Positions 45,491 to 55,466 of a DNA stretch of 64,000 bases are shown piece by piece. Numbering within the stretch: position 1 is the first letter of the stretch; the number at the start of each line of letters is the position of its first letter. Source of the stretch: an uncultured Bacteriovoracaceae bacterium (GTDB taxonomy: Bacteria > Bdellovibrionota > UBA2394); the NCBI GenBank assembly GCA_964601045.1, contig CAZRLF010000003.1, positions 80,210-144,209 on the forward strand. The letters run 5' to 3'. A program made the translations under genes and the position numbers. The notes under the pieces were generated by a model. It did no database searches, was not told where the DNA came from, and saw only the letters and a program-made list of their open reading frames with translations.

Positions 45491-45756
45491 CGTAAAATTA
45501 AAGTGCAAGCATCATGCCAGTCAGATGCGTTTAAGTACAAAATCTTGACTCCATTTTAAGTGCGCAAATTTACTCAGAAAGATTGAAAATCAGAGCCGAT
45601 AAAAATAGGGGGCTTAAAACAAGAAGAGCGGTGCTCCGCATCAATATTCATAGGGCAAAAAGGGGGCAGTTAAAAAGCAGTGTATTTTATATAACTTACT
45701 TTATCAGATGATTTGGCATGCTCATTGCAACAAGAATTTTAAGAGGAAGACTATCT

Positions 45757-48700
45757 ATGAAAAGAATTTACTCTATCTTTGCTTGCTTATCTTCAGTCTT
45801 GCTCTTTTGCATGAGCGCGCAAAATGCTGTGTTCTCACAAACCATGCAGTTAAACTCCCGAGTCATGACTCGGGGGGCGTCAACAACTGTTTTTGCTGGT
45901 GGTGTTTCAGCCAATGTTTTTACTCTTCGCTTTCCCGTTGCCATTCAACCTATAAACAGTAAAGGCAACATCACTCGCTCAGAGTCCTTTATTTTTCAAT
46001 CTCAACGTTACCGTTACATTGATTTCGATAAAGGTATGGATGGATACGTTCTTGAATCTGCTCTTAACTTAATTTCTGATAATTCTGCTCCACAGGCTCC
46101 GAGTGAAGTTTGGCTAAGGGCGATCTCACCGGCATCTGTATATATAGAGTGGTCGCCTGCAAGCGACGATTCGGGACGAATTAAAGAATATCGCCTCTAT
46201 CGAGGTGCGGCTCTTATTTCAAGCCTCGGAGGCACATCGTATGCTGATGTGAATTTAAGTCCGGCAACTGAATACTCTTATTCAGTTCAGGCCATTGATT
46301 TCTCCGGAAAAATTTCAACTAAAACAGCAGCTCAATCCATAAAAACCCCTCCTCCACTACATACACTACTCGAGGGCGATCGCGTTGTTGTTTTAGATAC
46401 CGAAGAAATCTATTCAGAAGATTATGATCAACTTGTATTACGCACAAACGGAATTGGATATATCGAAGATTATGCTCCAAAAATTTCTAATTGCTTAAAT
46501 TATTACCCCATTCGACTTTTAGATATCGGCCAATCTGTTTTTGTTCGTCAGAGTAATATTAAAAAACTGGGTCCGATTGCGATCAATAGTGGAAGCACAT
46601 TTACGACTTCAGCTCATATAACTTTAAATCTAATCGCACCTTCGGCGACGGCTAAAGAAGTTTATATTTCTGAATCAAGAAATTGCGCAGCCGGTGGGAC
46701 ATGGACGCCTTTTACTCCCTCACCTGGTCAAAATTCTGTGACAATGCCTTTTACTTTATCAAATGAAGAAGGTGTTCACTATATTTCAGCAAAATATCGA
46801 GATGCCACGCTCAAAGAAACCTATTGTCAAAGTTCGTTTATCATTCGAAGTCGATCAAATTCTAACGATACAAAAAGCATGAAGAATTGGCTGCCTGCGC
46901 AGCTAGCTATGAGCCCTGCTTCACCCCATCGCTCTCAGTCTGTAAATTTTAAGGGATTTCTTGATTATCAAGCCCAATCGATTTCATTTTATACAAATTC
47001 TAGCTGCTTTGGCGCTCCTTCTGTCACCGCCTGCAAAGATAGTTTTGAAACGAATGGTGCCAAGATCACTGTTCCTCAGAATTATTCCTCAGGAATTTAT
47101 GCCACCATTAAAGATAGAAGCGGAGCCGTATCTCAATGTAGTCCCATGGGCTCCTATAAAAATGATTCAGTTGCCCCCGTGATCGAACTCAGTTCGCCGA
47201 CTTTAGATAGCGCTTCGAGAATTAATATCACAACCAAAGTTTCTCCTATTACTCTCAAAGGATTATGCAAAGGCATCGAAGATGGGCAGCTGATTAAGTT
47301 TGGAGGACTTGCAAAATTAAAAGACTCACAAGGAATGGCCATACCGTTTATCGCGACGGCCTGCCAGGCAGGTCAGTGGTCAATCGATCTTAATTTTTCG
47401 AATGTACCAAATGGCGAAGGCGTTATTTTAGCACAGTCGCAAGATCTCGCGACCAATATATCAAATCGACTGAGTATTAAATATTATAAATCAACGATAG
47501 ATAATACTCCTGCGACCTTAGCTGTTCAAAGTCCTATCTCTGGTGACTACATTAATTACACCAGAGATCGAGGCCTTCTCAATATTTCGGGAGTCTGCTC
47601 TGAGAACGGTCGAAGTGTAACAATCTCTGGCGATATTCAAAAAACAAGTTCATGTATAAACGGAAGATTCAATACCACGGCCGATTTATCTCAGCTACCC
47701 AACCAGAATTACAACTTCACAGCGAGCATCGATGATATCAGCGGCAATACGACAACCACCGCTCCCATTACCGTCAAACTTGATAATTCTTTACCTGTAA
47801 TTAAAAATTTCTCTCTCAATTCAGGAACTGCCTATACAAATAAACCTGACTCGACACTTTACCTCGATGTTCTTGGCGCGGATGAAATGGCTATCACGAC
47901 GAATGCGAACTGCGGCGGAAATCTCACCTGGAAGCCCTTCAATCTTATCGAAGCCTTTAATCTACAGATGATTAGTAACCCTCAAACTGTTTATGCAAAA
48001 TTTAGAGATTTTGCCGGAAACTCTTCTGAATGCATTAGCGTGACGGCCACTTTAGATGTCACGCCTCCCACCGTTACTATTTCAAGTCCGGCTGACAATC
48101 TCAAACTCACCTCTAGCAATATTGCAAGCCAAACATTTTCAGGCACCTGCTCTGAAGCAGGAGTTGCAGTTGACCTTGCTGGATTTGTTATCGCTCATCC
48201 TCTTTGCAGTGCAACAGGCACCTGGGCATACACAACGACCACTCTCAAGAATATTGAAGACGGAGATATCGTTGTTACCGTTAATCAAACTGACCGAGCC
48301 GGAAACAAAGCTTGGACTGATTCAGCTCAGGCCGTAAAACGCACTCTTAAAAAATATATGGGTGCTCCTCGAAATCCTACCATCGCCGTTAACGATGGAG
48401 CCACAAGCGTCAACGCTCTCACCGTAAAATTAAATTTGTTTGCCGATGATTCAAATCAAATGAAAATTTCTCTCAATAAAACAGATTGTAGCACCGGTAC
48501 TTGGGAACCCTATTCTACGACAAAAGAAAATATTACTCTTGTTCCCTCGAGCGGAAAAGTAAAAGCTTCGGTTCGATATAGAAATCCGAATACCACTCAA
48601 TCTGCCTGCGTATATTTTAGTATCCCTTATAACGTTCCTACTGCTTCAGGTGGAACTCTAAGAGTTTCAACAGAAGATGGAGAAGAAATTCTATCGTCAA

Positions 48701-50955
48701 ACTCTGTCAATTTGAAGCTAACCGCGACGGATCAGCCGATTCAAATGGCCATTACTGAAAACGCAAACTGCCAAGGACTTACTGAAGCAAGCTGGATGAC
48801 TTTTTCAGATAAACTTCTCTTAAAAGATAAGCTTCAGACTTTTCAACTTTCAAATGGGTTGTATCAAAACAAACCCATTCCTGCGTTAAAAAAGAATGCT
48901 TTAAACACTTTTTATGTTCAAGCCAGAAAATCGACCACTCAGCTATCAAACTGCGAGCAAATTAATCTCTATGTTCTTGCCCTACCCCCTTCAGATCTAA
49001 TTTATGAAGCAAGCCCAGTTGTTTATAATGCTGGTTCGCCAGAAGTCGTTAATCTGCTGCCCAAAAATAGTGGTGGAGTTGTTAAGAAATATTCGATTAC
49101 TCCCGCTGCTCCTTCGGGCTTTTCGTTTGATTCTAAAACCGGAAAACTCACAGTTATTCCCGGTAAGTCCATTCCTGCTGGCGAAGATAATAAAGTATTT
49201 GAAGTCACCGCTTCAAATGATTGGGGAACGTCGGAAGCAACGAGCATTCGATTCTATAGAAAAAATAATGAAGGGCAACTTTCTGTCTTCTCTGCAACTG
49301 AGCAAATTCAAAATGACAGCTTAACCTTAGTTAAATTTCAGACGGTTGATCAATACAGCACAACTCCCAATGAAATGGTTTTCAAACTAAAAAATACCGG
49401 AACTAAAGCTCTTCGCTTGGGCAAACCTAGAATGCAGTATTTAAACTCAGCTATCGCGGGATATAAAATTGTGTCTGCCCCCGCCGAAAATTTTCTACTC
49501 GATGCCAATGCTGAGACTACAATGACTGTTCGCCTTCAAACCATTTCAAGCGGAATTTTTCAGGATGTGATTCAAATTCCTACGAATGACTCGCGCTTCT
49601 CCGGAATCTTTTCAGTTCGAGTGATTGGAGAAGTTCGAGAAGTAAACGATTGGAACCCCATCGTTGATATTTTTGATCTCTTTAATTCCGATGATGCTTC
49701 TCAAGTAAAGTTTCAAGGATCGAGCGGCCGCAATATGGTTTACTTTGGCAAAGTCAAAGCGGGCAGCCCAAAAATCACAAAGTATTTTCATGCGGTCGAT
49801 AATCAAGTCGCCGGTAATCTAAATACGCAATATTATGTTGGCGCTTGGAGCCCGACTTGGCTTGATGAAAACGGAAACGCTGTCTCTCGCCCTCCCGAGT
49901 TTAATTATACTTTTAACTGCAATACAGTAAACTCTAGCTGGTGCGCCAACGAGTGGAATCCTATTCCCCCACCAACGACCGCGATATTCCCCTGCGGCGA
50001 TATTAAATATAGTGCGTACAAACCTGGATACACTCCCGGTTCATATAATTTTCCGATCACTTTTACTCCTCCTTCTGATCCGACTGCATCCGGTCGTTAT
50101 CACACCTTTATGGTTTTTGCGATCTCGTGGAGGGATAGCCTTCCTTCAACTGATCGCTATTGCGGAGTGGCTGCAGGTACACCTCATGTTCGCGTGATTG
50201 TTGTTCCTCTAGTTGCAGATATTATTCCGACATCACCGACAGAATCCGCCGATGCAAAATGGATAACGATTGCTGGCAATATCGCAACTAAATACGGAGC
50301 CGAAGCAGAACGTCTAGAAAAAATTCTCAATGCGAATGATTTTGCTAGAGAGATTTCAAACAATTCTCTGCTCAAAACTGACTACGAAAAAGAAATTCTC
50401 ACTGGCTTAAATGCTCAGCCTCGTGCGGCTGAACTTAAAGCGCTTTTAATGACTCATCTTCGAGCAGAAATGTCGGTTGGAGCTGCTGAGCATCTCGACT
50501 CTCTGGTGCAGAACTCAGAAACTTATTCTCACGAAGCTTTTGTTTCAATTCGAAACGTACTTGAGTCATCGGCAATGACGACCAATGACGAAATTGGCTT
50601 CAGGAGGTCATTACTCGTCAGACTGATGACCTATCTGCGAGGCGCCGAAACCGAAGTAAGGAGTTTTACATCCGCCGCTATTTTAGCTCCTACGATTGCC
50701 CTACCCGTTACTGTGTATAATGCAATGAGCAGCAAACAACGAGATCTTTACAAAGCTGCTCTTCATCGAGCATTTCTTTCAACTCTGCCCACGGATGAAG
50801 AAGTGCTCGATATCACGACAAAAGCTATCGACCAAACTCAGAGTCGATCACTTAAGACCCTCTTAATCAATCAGACTGTGACTTATAATCCTGCACTTAT
50901 GTCTCACTACTTAGCCGATCGTGATGTACTAGTGATACAGCAAGGTGGGCAGTAA
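45757..50955 (+). CDS. Giant secreted adhesin-like protein (~1,733 aa) with FN3 domain and multiple Ig-like repeats
   Basis: Start taken at MKRIYSIFACLSSVLLFCMSAQNA, with a strong SD AAGAGGAAG 8 nt upstream. FN3-like segment PSEVWLRAISPASVYIEWSPASDDSGRIKEYRLYRG...TEYSYSVQAID. Repeated DxTPPTVTISSP/APVIELSSP/DNTPATLAVQSP Ig-like module starts. Confidence 0.6.
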   Translation: MKRIYSIFACLSSVLLFCMSAQNAVFSQTMQLNSRVMTRGASTTVFAGGVSANVFTLRFPVAIQPINSKGNITRSESFIFQSQRYRYIDFDKGMDGYVLESALNLISDNSAPQAPSEVWLRAISPASVYIEWSPASDDSGRIKEYRLYRGAALISSLGGTSYADVNLSPATEYSYSVQAIDFSGKISTKTAAQSIKTPPPLHTLLEGDRVVVLDTEEIYSEDYDQLVLRTNGIGYIEDYAPKISNCLNYYPIRLLDIGQSVFVRQSNIKKLGPIAINSGSTFTTSAHITLNLIAPSATAKEVYISESRNCAAGGTWTPFTPSPGQNSVTMPFTLSNEEGVHYISAKYRDATLKETYCQSSFIIRSRSNSNDTKSMKNWLPAQLAMSPASPHRSQSVNFKGFLDYQAQSISFYTNSSCFGAPSVTACKDSFETNGAKITVPQNYSSGIYATIKDRSGAVSQCSPMGSYKNDSVAPVIELSSPTLDSASRINITTKVSPITLKGLCKGIEDGQLIKFGGLAKLKDSQGMAIPFIATACQAGQWSIDLNFSNVPNGEGVILAQSQDLATNISNRLSIKYYKSTIDNTPATLAVQSPISGDYINYTRDRGLLNISGVCSENGRSVTISGDIQKTSSCINGRFNTTADLSQLPNQNYNFTASIDDISGNTTTTAPITVKLDNSLPVIKNFSLNSGTAYTNKPDSTLYLDVLGADEMAITTNANCGGNLTWKPFNLIEAFNLQMISNPQTVYAKFRDFAGNSSECISVTATLDVTPPTVTISSPADNLKLTSSNIASQTFSGTCSEAGVAVDLAGFVIAHPLCSATGTWAYTTTTLKNIEDGDIVVTVNQTDRAGNKAWTDSAQAVKRTLKKYMGAPRNPTIAVNDGATSVNALTVKLNLFADDSNQMKISLNKTDCSTGTWEPYSTTKENITLVPSSGKVKASVRYRNPNTTQSACVYFSIPYNVPTASGGTLRVSTEDGEEILSSNSVNLKLTATDQPIQMAITENANCQGLTEASWMTFSDKLLLKDKLQTFQLSNGLYQNKPIPALKKNALNTFYVQARKSTTQLSNCEQINLYVLALPPSDLIYEASPVVYNAGSPEVVNLLPKNSGGVVKKYSITPAAPSGFSFDSKTGKLTVIPGKSIPAGEDNKVFEVTASNDWGTSEATSIRFYRKNNEGQLSVFSATEQIQNDSLTLVKFQTVDQYSTTPNEMVFKLKNTGTKALRLGKPRMQYLNSAIAGYKIVSAPAENFLLDANAETTMTVRLQTISSGIFQDVIQIPTNDSRFSGIFSVRVIGEVREVNDWNPIVDIFDLFNSDDASQVKFQGSSGRNMVYFGKVKAGSPKITKYFHAVDNQVAGNLNTQYYVGAWSPTWLDENGNAVSRPPEFNYTFNCNTVNSSWCANEWNPIPPPTTAIFPCGDIKYSAYKPGYTPGSYNFPITFTPPSDPTASGRYHTFMVFAISWRDSLPSTDRYCGVAAGTPHVRVIVVPLVADIIPTSPTESADAKWITIAGNIATKYGAEAERLEKILNANDFAREISNNSLLKTDYEKEILTGLNAQPRAAELKALLMTHLRAEMSVGAAEHLDSLVQNSETYSHEAFVSIRNVLESSAMTTNDEIGFRRSLLVRLMTYLRGAETEVRSFTSAAILAPTIALPVTVYNAMSSKQRDLYKAALHRAFLSTLPTDEEVLDITTKAIDQTQSRSLKTLLINQTVTYNPALMSHYLADRDVLVIQQGGQ

Positions 50956-51091
50956 AATGATCAATCCCTCAGTATGTCTCCTGCGAAACCGTCATGTCTC
51001 GCCCCGATGATAAAACCCACGGCCCCAATGTTGTGAGATATCATCTTCGTAGGAATTGCCGATAAGACAGTCTAGATTTGAAGTTGAGAGA

Positions 51092-52765
51092 TCAAAGCTG
51101 CTTTAAAAGCCACTCACATCGGGTGAGTGGCAATAAACGAGGATTTTTTTGCTGAACAAAGCTCAACATATTTTGAACATAGTTAAGATCGACTAGGTTC
51201 CAATAAAGGCCGCGAACAAATTCAGATTTTACTGTTTCAGCCAATTCTTTTTTCGCCAGAGAATCTAAACGAATAAAAGAAAAATTGTTGGTATCTAAAT
51301 GATGACTTCGCGGATCTGAATTGGCTGAACCAACTCCCATATATATATCGTCAACAAAAAATATTTTTGCATGCAAGCTACCCTTTTTTCCACGTGTATC
51401 TAATTCAAATAACTTTAACTTCTCTTTGGGCACTTTTAACATCCATTCTTCAAAGGCCTGATAGGAGGCAATATTAACAATATTCATATCGGTAGTTAAA
51501 AGCGAGTTTGTATAGACATCGACCTCAACTCCACGCTTCATGGCATCAAGGAGGGGATCAAAAAGTTCGGGATACAGAAAAAAGTAAGCTGAAATAATTG
51601 TAATCTTGTTTTTAGCGACTTCTGAAAAAATTCGAGCCCAGGCCTCAGAGATAAATTTGCTCTGCTTATTTTTATTTTCAAAATATTTAATTCTAAAGCT
51701 TTGATCATTTAAAGATCGATAACCTAAAAGAGACTGTGCGCGGAGCTCTGCAATTCCCCTTTCAAAAATCAAAGATTTTTCGTCAATCATATCACCCTGA
51801 ACTCTTGAATTAAACTTATCGGGCACACGAACTAGTTCTGAATAGTAGGTTCCTGCGTTCCACATTTGATTAAAAGTTTCAGAAATATGAGATTCCTCTT
51901 CTGCCGCCACAACACCTGAAATACTTAGGTCAAAAAAAGGATAATTTCTCTTCTCAAGCAGACTCTGACCAAACGGAGTTGAAAGACTTACATGATACTC
52001 ATCACTTCGGTTTCGTCCTCCATGACTGAGCTCAAGCCCGCGTGAAGTTCGCGCTAAAATAAGCTTGTGATGCATACGCCTTGAAAAATTTTCAAAATGC
52101 TTTTCGAGGGGACGAAGTGCAGGAACAAGCTTAATAGCTTCAGCGCTCATCAATGTCGCCATGACCAAATTCATTTCATCCGGAGTAACGCCCCCCGGAA
52201 GAACCTGTTCAAAGAGAGGAAAAAAAGGCGCAAGCACTTTACTTGTTTTAAGTTCTTTCAAAATAATATCGGCGTTCTGAAGACAAAGTCCGTGAATAAG
52301 TAGATGTGGATTATTCAACTGAAGATCTTCTTTAAGATATCGAATAAACGCTGGGCTCGGTCGCAGATGACGCTTCACTCTGACACCCAAAATACTAGCT
52401 AGGTAAGAATAAAAATCAGGCTTCGCCTCACTCATTATATAGTCAACGAGCAATCTGAATTGAACTCCATCTTGGGTTGCGCGCTCACGCATGGCTTTAA
52501 CGAGATAACTAGTGCTAAAGTCATCTTCAAAAATAAAATAAGCCATATCCACCGTGCTTCCAGGCTTGGCTTCTTTAACTAAACGAAGTGTTTCAAAAAA
52601 ATCAGATTCACCGTTTTGATGAATGACAGGCGCATAAAGTTGAGTCGAAACTCCCGGCACCTGAGAAAGTATTTCATCTAACGATGCCTCTTTCGCAGAA
52701 AGCGCTTTCGCAGAAATAAAACACAAACTAAGCGCAAAAGTGGAAGTTAAAAATCCCATCCGCAT
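51092..52765 (-). CDS. Secreted phospholipase-D-superfamily enzyme (two HKD-type motifs, first degenerate)
   Basis: Signal peptide. Canonical second HKD motif LHAKIFFVDDIYMGVGSANSD (HxKxxxxDxxxxxxGSxN). The first motif HHKLILARTSRGLELSHGGRN lacks the Asp. Confidence 0.65.
   Translation of the reverse strand: MRMGFLTSTFALSLCFISAKALSAKEASLDEILSQVPGVSTQLYAPVIHQNGESDFFETLRLVKEAKPGSTVDMAYFIFEDDFSTSYLVKAMRERATQDGVQFRLLVDYIMSEAKPDFYSYLASILGVRVKRHLRPSPAFIRYLKEDLQLNNPHLLIHGLCLQNADIILKELKTSKVLAPFFPLFEQVLPGGVTPDEMNLVMATLMSAEAIKLVPALRPLEKHFENFSRRMHHKLILARTSRGLELSHGGRNRSDEYHVSLSTPFGQSLLEKRNYPFFDLSISGVVAAEEESHISETFNQMWNAGTYYSELVRVPDKFNSRVQGDMIDEKSLIFERGIAELRAQSLLGYRSLNDQSFRIKYFENKNKQSKFISEAWARIFSEVAKNKITIISAYFFLYPELFDPLLDAMKRGVEVDVYTNSLLTTDMNIVNIASYQAFEEWMLKVPKEKLKLFELDTRGKKGSLHAKIFFVDDIYMGVGSANSDPRSHHLDTNNFSFIRLDSLAKKELAETVKSEFVRGLYWNLVDLNYVQNMLSFVQQKNPRLLPLTRCEWLLKQL
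51095..51131 (-). terminator. Putative terminator hairpin overlapping the last codons of the PLD gene
   Basis: Perfect 9-bp stem GCCACTCAC-atcgg-GTGAGTGGC at 51109-51131. On the minus strand it is followed by TTTTaaagcagcTTT. It encodes ..TRCEWL.. of the C-terminus. It could also serve the convergent 45757-50955 gene. Confidence 0.3.
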
Positions 52766-52871
52766 TCTCTGGTTTTAGCGAGAATGGGTCATAAAACGCA
52801 AGAAAACATCTTCTTTAAGGCCACTGCAGATACACGAAGGTAAGGGGCAGCAAGTCTCGTCGAGTATTGAA

Positions 52872-55322
52872 TTATCGACCCAAGCTAAAAAGATTTTTTA
52901 ACTGAGACCAGCAGCTTACATTTGCTTTTTCTTTCAGATATTTTGCTCTGGCTGCCTTTAAATCTTGTTCGATTTCTACCAATCCTTGCTTATCGGCCTC
53001 AGTCCCTCTGCGCTCGACCAAGGCTTTAAAAAATTGAAATGACTTTTTAAGATGGTGAGAATTAGGCCATCTAAATACATTGTGTTGAAGCGCGTAAATA
53101 TTCTCATACTGTTTAGGCTGCAGTCTTTTTAAACCATACAAAATGACTTCATCTAAACTTTCTTCTTCTGACGAGCGACGGCCTAGGTCGCTAACCAAAC
53201 CAGAAATATAATTACTGCCCGAATGATGGAGCACATCGAGGTATCGTTTTATAGCCCCCGGAAAGTTGAGATAGACTAGAGGGCAGAGAACATGAACATG
53301 AAGAGACGAAGAATACGCCGAATGCCCGATTTGCTTACTCCTGAATTCTGCTGAGTAAACTTCAAATTTGTTAAGTTCACATTTAAGATATGCTTCAATT
53401 TTCTTTAAAGCTCTATGAGTAGTTTTCTTGTCAAACGGTAGTGGGTTATAATATCTTACCATATCAAAAAATAATTCAACATTATTTTCCGTAACAAGTT
53501 CAATGAGCTCTTTATATTTGGAATTATTCAGATACTTTAAAAAAATTGGCGCGGGTAAATCAAGTCTATTTTTTCCTTCAGAACCTAATACGATATTTAA
53601 AAACAAATCGTGATAATCTAAATAATCCGGCCTCATAAGAATATGACGCAAAAAAAGATCTCCCCATCCATAATGATCTCGAGAAAGCCTGAGCAGTTCT
53701 AAAAACCTTCTTCTTATTGTCTCTGGACTCTCAAGATAAGTCTCAACTCGAGATGAAATCTCTTTCCATTTAGAAGCCTTAAGTAAATCTCTGCCCTCAA
53801 TGATAACCACCGAAAGCGGGTTTTCATTGTTAAAAGCTTCAACAACAAGTTCGCTAATTTTATGAGCAGAATTTTTATCAAGATTAGAAATTTCAGTAAA
53901 AATCCTGCTCCTAATCTGAAATAAAACCCCCTTATCTGACCCGCTTAAGTTTTGGTCTCTCAAAATCAAAATATAGTGAAGGGGAGAAAGTTTTAATGAT
54001 TCAAAAATAAGCCTAATTGCACTTTTATTCCGAACTAAAATATAATCGCAATCGCCTACTGTAACAAAATCTGTACCTTCTCTTGCATCGGCATGAAGAT
54101 AAGCACGAATAGTAATTCCTGTCCCCGCCGCGCCAAATCGTCCTTTTCGCATATAAAAACCATAACCATGCATCGCACTCTCGCCTTCATGACCTGGTCG
54201 AGAAATGAAGACATTAGCCTCACCTTTTTTTGATTTGGTGATCGACTCATACGCTAAAAAATCACGTGTCTCGTGAGCAAAGATAAGATCATCTTCAAAT
54301 ATTTCCTTCGCCTTTCTGCCGCTGCCTAAGCCCAAAGGAGAAGTGCGAAGAGGCTCTCGATTCATCAAAGTCGAAAGTGACTCAAGATCTTCCGAAGGAG
54401 AAACACCCGCCAAAAGATTTCTTACGCCAAAACTCTCAAGAAGGTCCCAGGCATATTCAATATTGAGCGCATGATGAAACAATTTCTTTGCATTTTTTTC
54501 TATCCAATTTTTAGCATAAGATGTCTTAAGATCGTTCTCAGTCGAAAAATCATTTATGATTTGTTTAATTTTAGAAGCGTCTTCGGCCGGAATTTTAGAT
54601 TCAAATTGAAGCGCTTTGATCAGATATCGAATGACCGAAAAAATGGGCGGATTCAACCCGTCTAGATATCGTTTCGTAGTCTTATGCAAATCAGAAAAAT
54701 AGAAATGAATCTCGCCAGATTCGACATCTCTTAAAAATGGAGGCCGCTCCTCGTTCCAATGGCGCAAATCTTTGATCACAGGTTCATCGTTCATTGAATT
54801 GGTAATTTCGATAAGGCCAACGGAATGGGAATCTGAATGCTGATTGAGAAATTCGTAGCTATTTAAGAGGGCAATTTTATTTCGAAAATTCTCTCGAAGG
54901 AGTCGAACTTCCCACACCGTTTTAGATCCCTGCAAATGAGGCAATTGCTCAACCAAATAATTCTCAAGTTTTTGCGCCTGCTCGGTTGTTCCATCGACAA
55001 CAAGATCAGCATCTTGAGTAGAGCGATAAATATTTGTCCAATGATAATCAAACTTCTCTTCTTGATATTCAGAATGACCGTTCTGTCGTTCGAGATCCCA
55101 TTTTACGTAGTGGGCAAAAGCAGCTGCAGTTCCGCCAAACAGATAAACACGAACGCCAAACTCTTCAGCTTTTTTTTGAATGATTTCAAATTCACGTACT
55201 TTTGATCGATTCTGGGTTATTGCTTGCTCAAGCTCTTCGAGAGAACTTGCACCATAAAGCACAAATGGCAAAACATACAAAACCGCAAATAATAAGAACC
55301 TCGATTTTTGGAACATCGGCAA
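52872..55322 (-). CDS. Large secreted protein, paralog B2 (NTase-like N-terminus plus PARP-like module), distant copy of B1
   Basis: Signal peptide. VRVYLFGGTAAAFAHYV ... STQDADLVVDGT ... HSDSHSVGLIEI. IFAHETRDFLAYESITKS...GESAMHGYGFYMRKG ... GDCDYILV. Aligns with B1 over most of its length. Confidence 0.6.
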   Translation of the reverse strand: MPMFQKSRFLLFAVLYVLPFVLYGASSLEELEQAITQNRSKVREFEIIQKKAEEFGVRVYLFGGTAAAFAHYVKWDLERQNGHSEYQEEKFDYHWTNIYRSTQDADLVVDGTTEQAQKLENYLVEQLPHLQGSKTVWEVRLLRENFRNKIALLNSYEFLNQHSDSHSVGLIEITNSMNDEPVIKDLRHWNEERPPFLRDVESGEIHFYFSDLHKTTKRYLDGLNPPIFSVIRYLIKALQFESKIPAEDASKIKQIINDFSTENDLKTSYAKNWIEKNAKKLFHHALNIEYAWDLLESFGVRNLLAGVSPSEDLESLSTLMNREPLRTSPLGLGSGRKAKEIFEDDLIFAHETRDFLAYESITKSKKGEANVFISRPGHEGESAMHGYGFYMRKGRFGAAGTGITIRAYLHADAREGTDFVTVGDCDYILVRNKSAIRLIFESLKLSPLHYILILRDQNLSGSDKGVLFQIRSRIFTEISNLDKNSAHKISELVVEAFNNENPLSVVIIEGRDLLKASKWKEISSRVETYLESPETIRRRFLELLRLSRDHYGWGDLFLRHILMRPDYLDYHDLFLNIVLGSEGKNRLDLPAPIFLKYLNNSKYKELIELVTENNVELFFDMVRYYNPLPFDKKTTHRALKKIEAYLKCELNKFEVYSAEFRSKQIGHSAYSSSLHVHVLCPLVYLNFPGAIKRYLDVLHHSGSNYISGLVSDLGRRSSEEESLDEVILYGLKRLQPKQYENIYALQHNVFRWPNSHHLKKSFQFFKALVERRGTEADKQGLVEIEQDLKAARAKYLKEKANVSCWSQLKNLFSLGR

Positions 55323-55400
55323 CTTACCTTTTAGCTCTCATTCCTCTGAAATACGTGGACATACTTTAAAAGCAAGTCCTCTACCAGCATTCGATGAATT

Positions 55401-55438
55401 CAAAAAGCAACGGGCTACTTCATCAAATAAAGTAGCCC
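55401..55438 (-). terminator. Rho-independent terminator of ORF 55467-57827
   Basis: Perfect 9-bp stem GGGCTACTT-catcaaata-AAGTAGCCC at 55412-55438. On the minus strand it is followed by gttgcTTTTTg. Confidence 0.7.
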
Positions 55439-55466
55439 GCAGTAAGTATCTAAAACTCCTAGATTT

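Noticed and set aside
42419-45508. TTG-initiated start for the 1029-aa ORF
   Set aside because: The first codon at 45506-45508 is TTG. The ATG six codons downstream (45488-45490) begins a canonical signal peptide (MKFFRLNFSLIILTALL). I preferred that start.
45718-45962. 84-aa ORF (MIWHAHCNKNF...) at the 5' end of the giant adhesin gene
   Set aside because: Alternative frame overlapping the start of the 1,733-aa CDS, which has a strong SD and signal peptide. Spurious.
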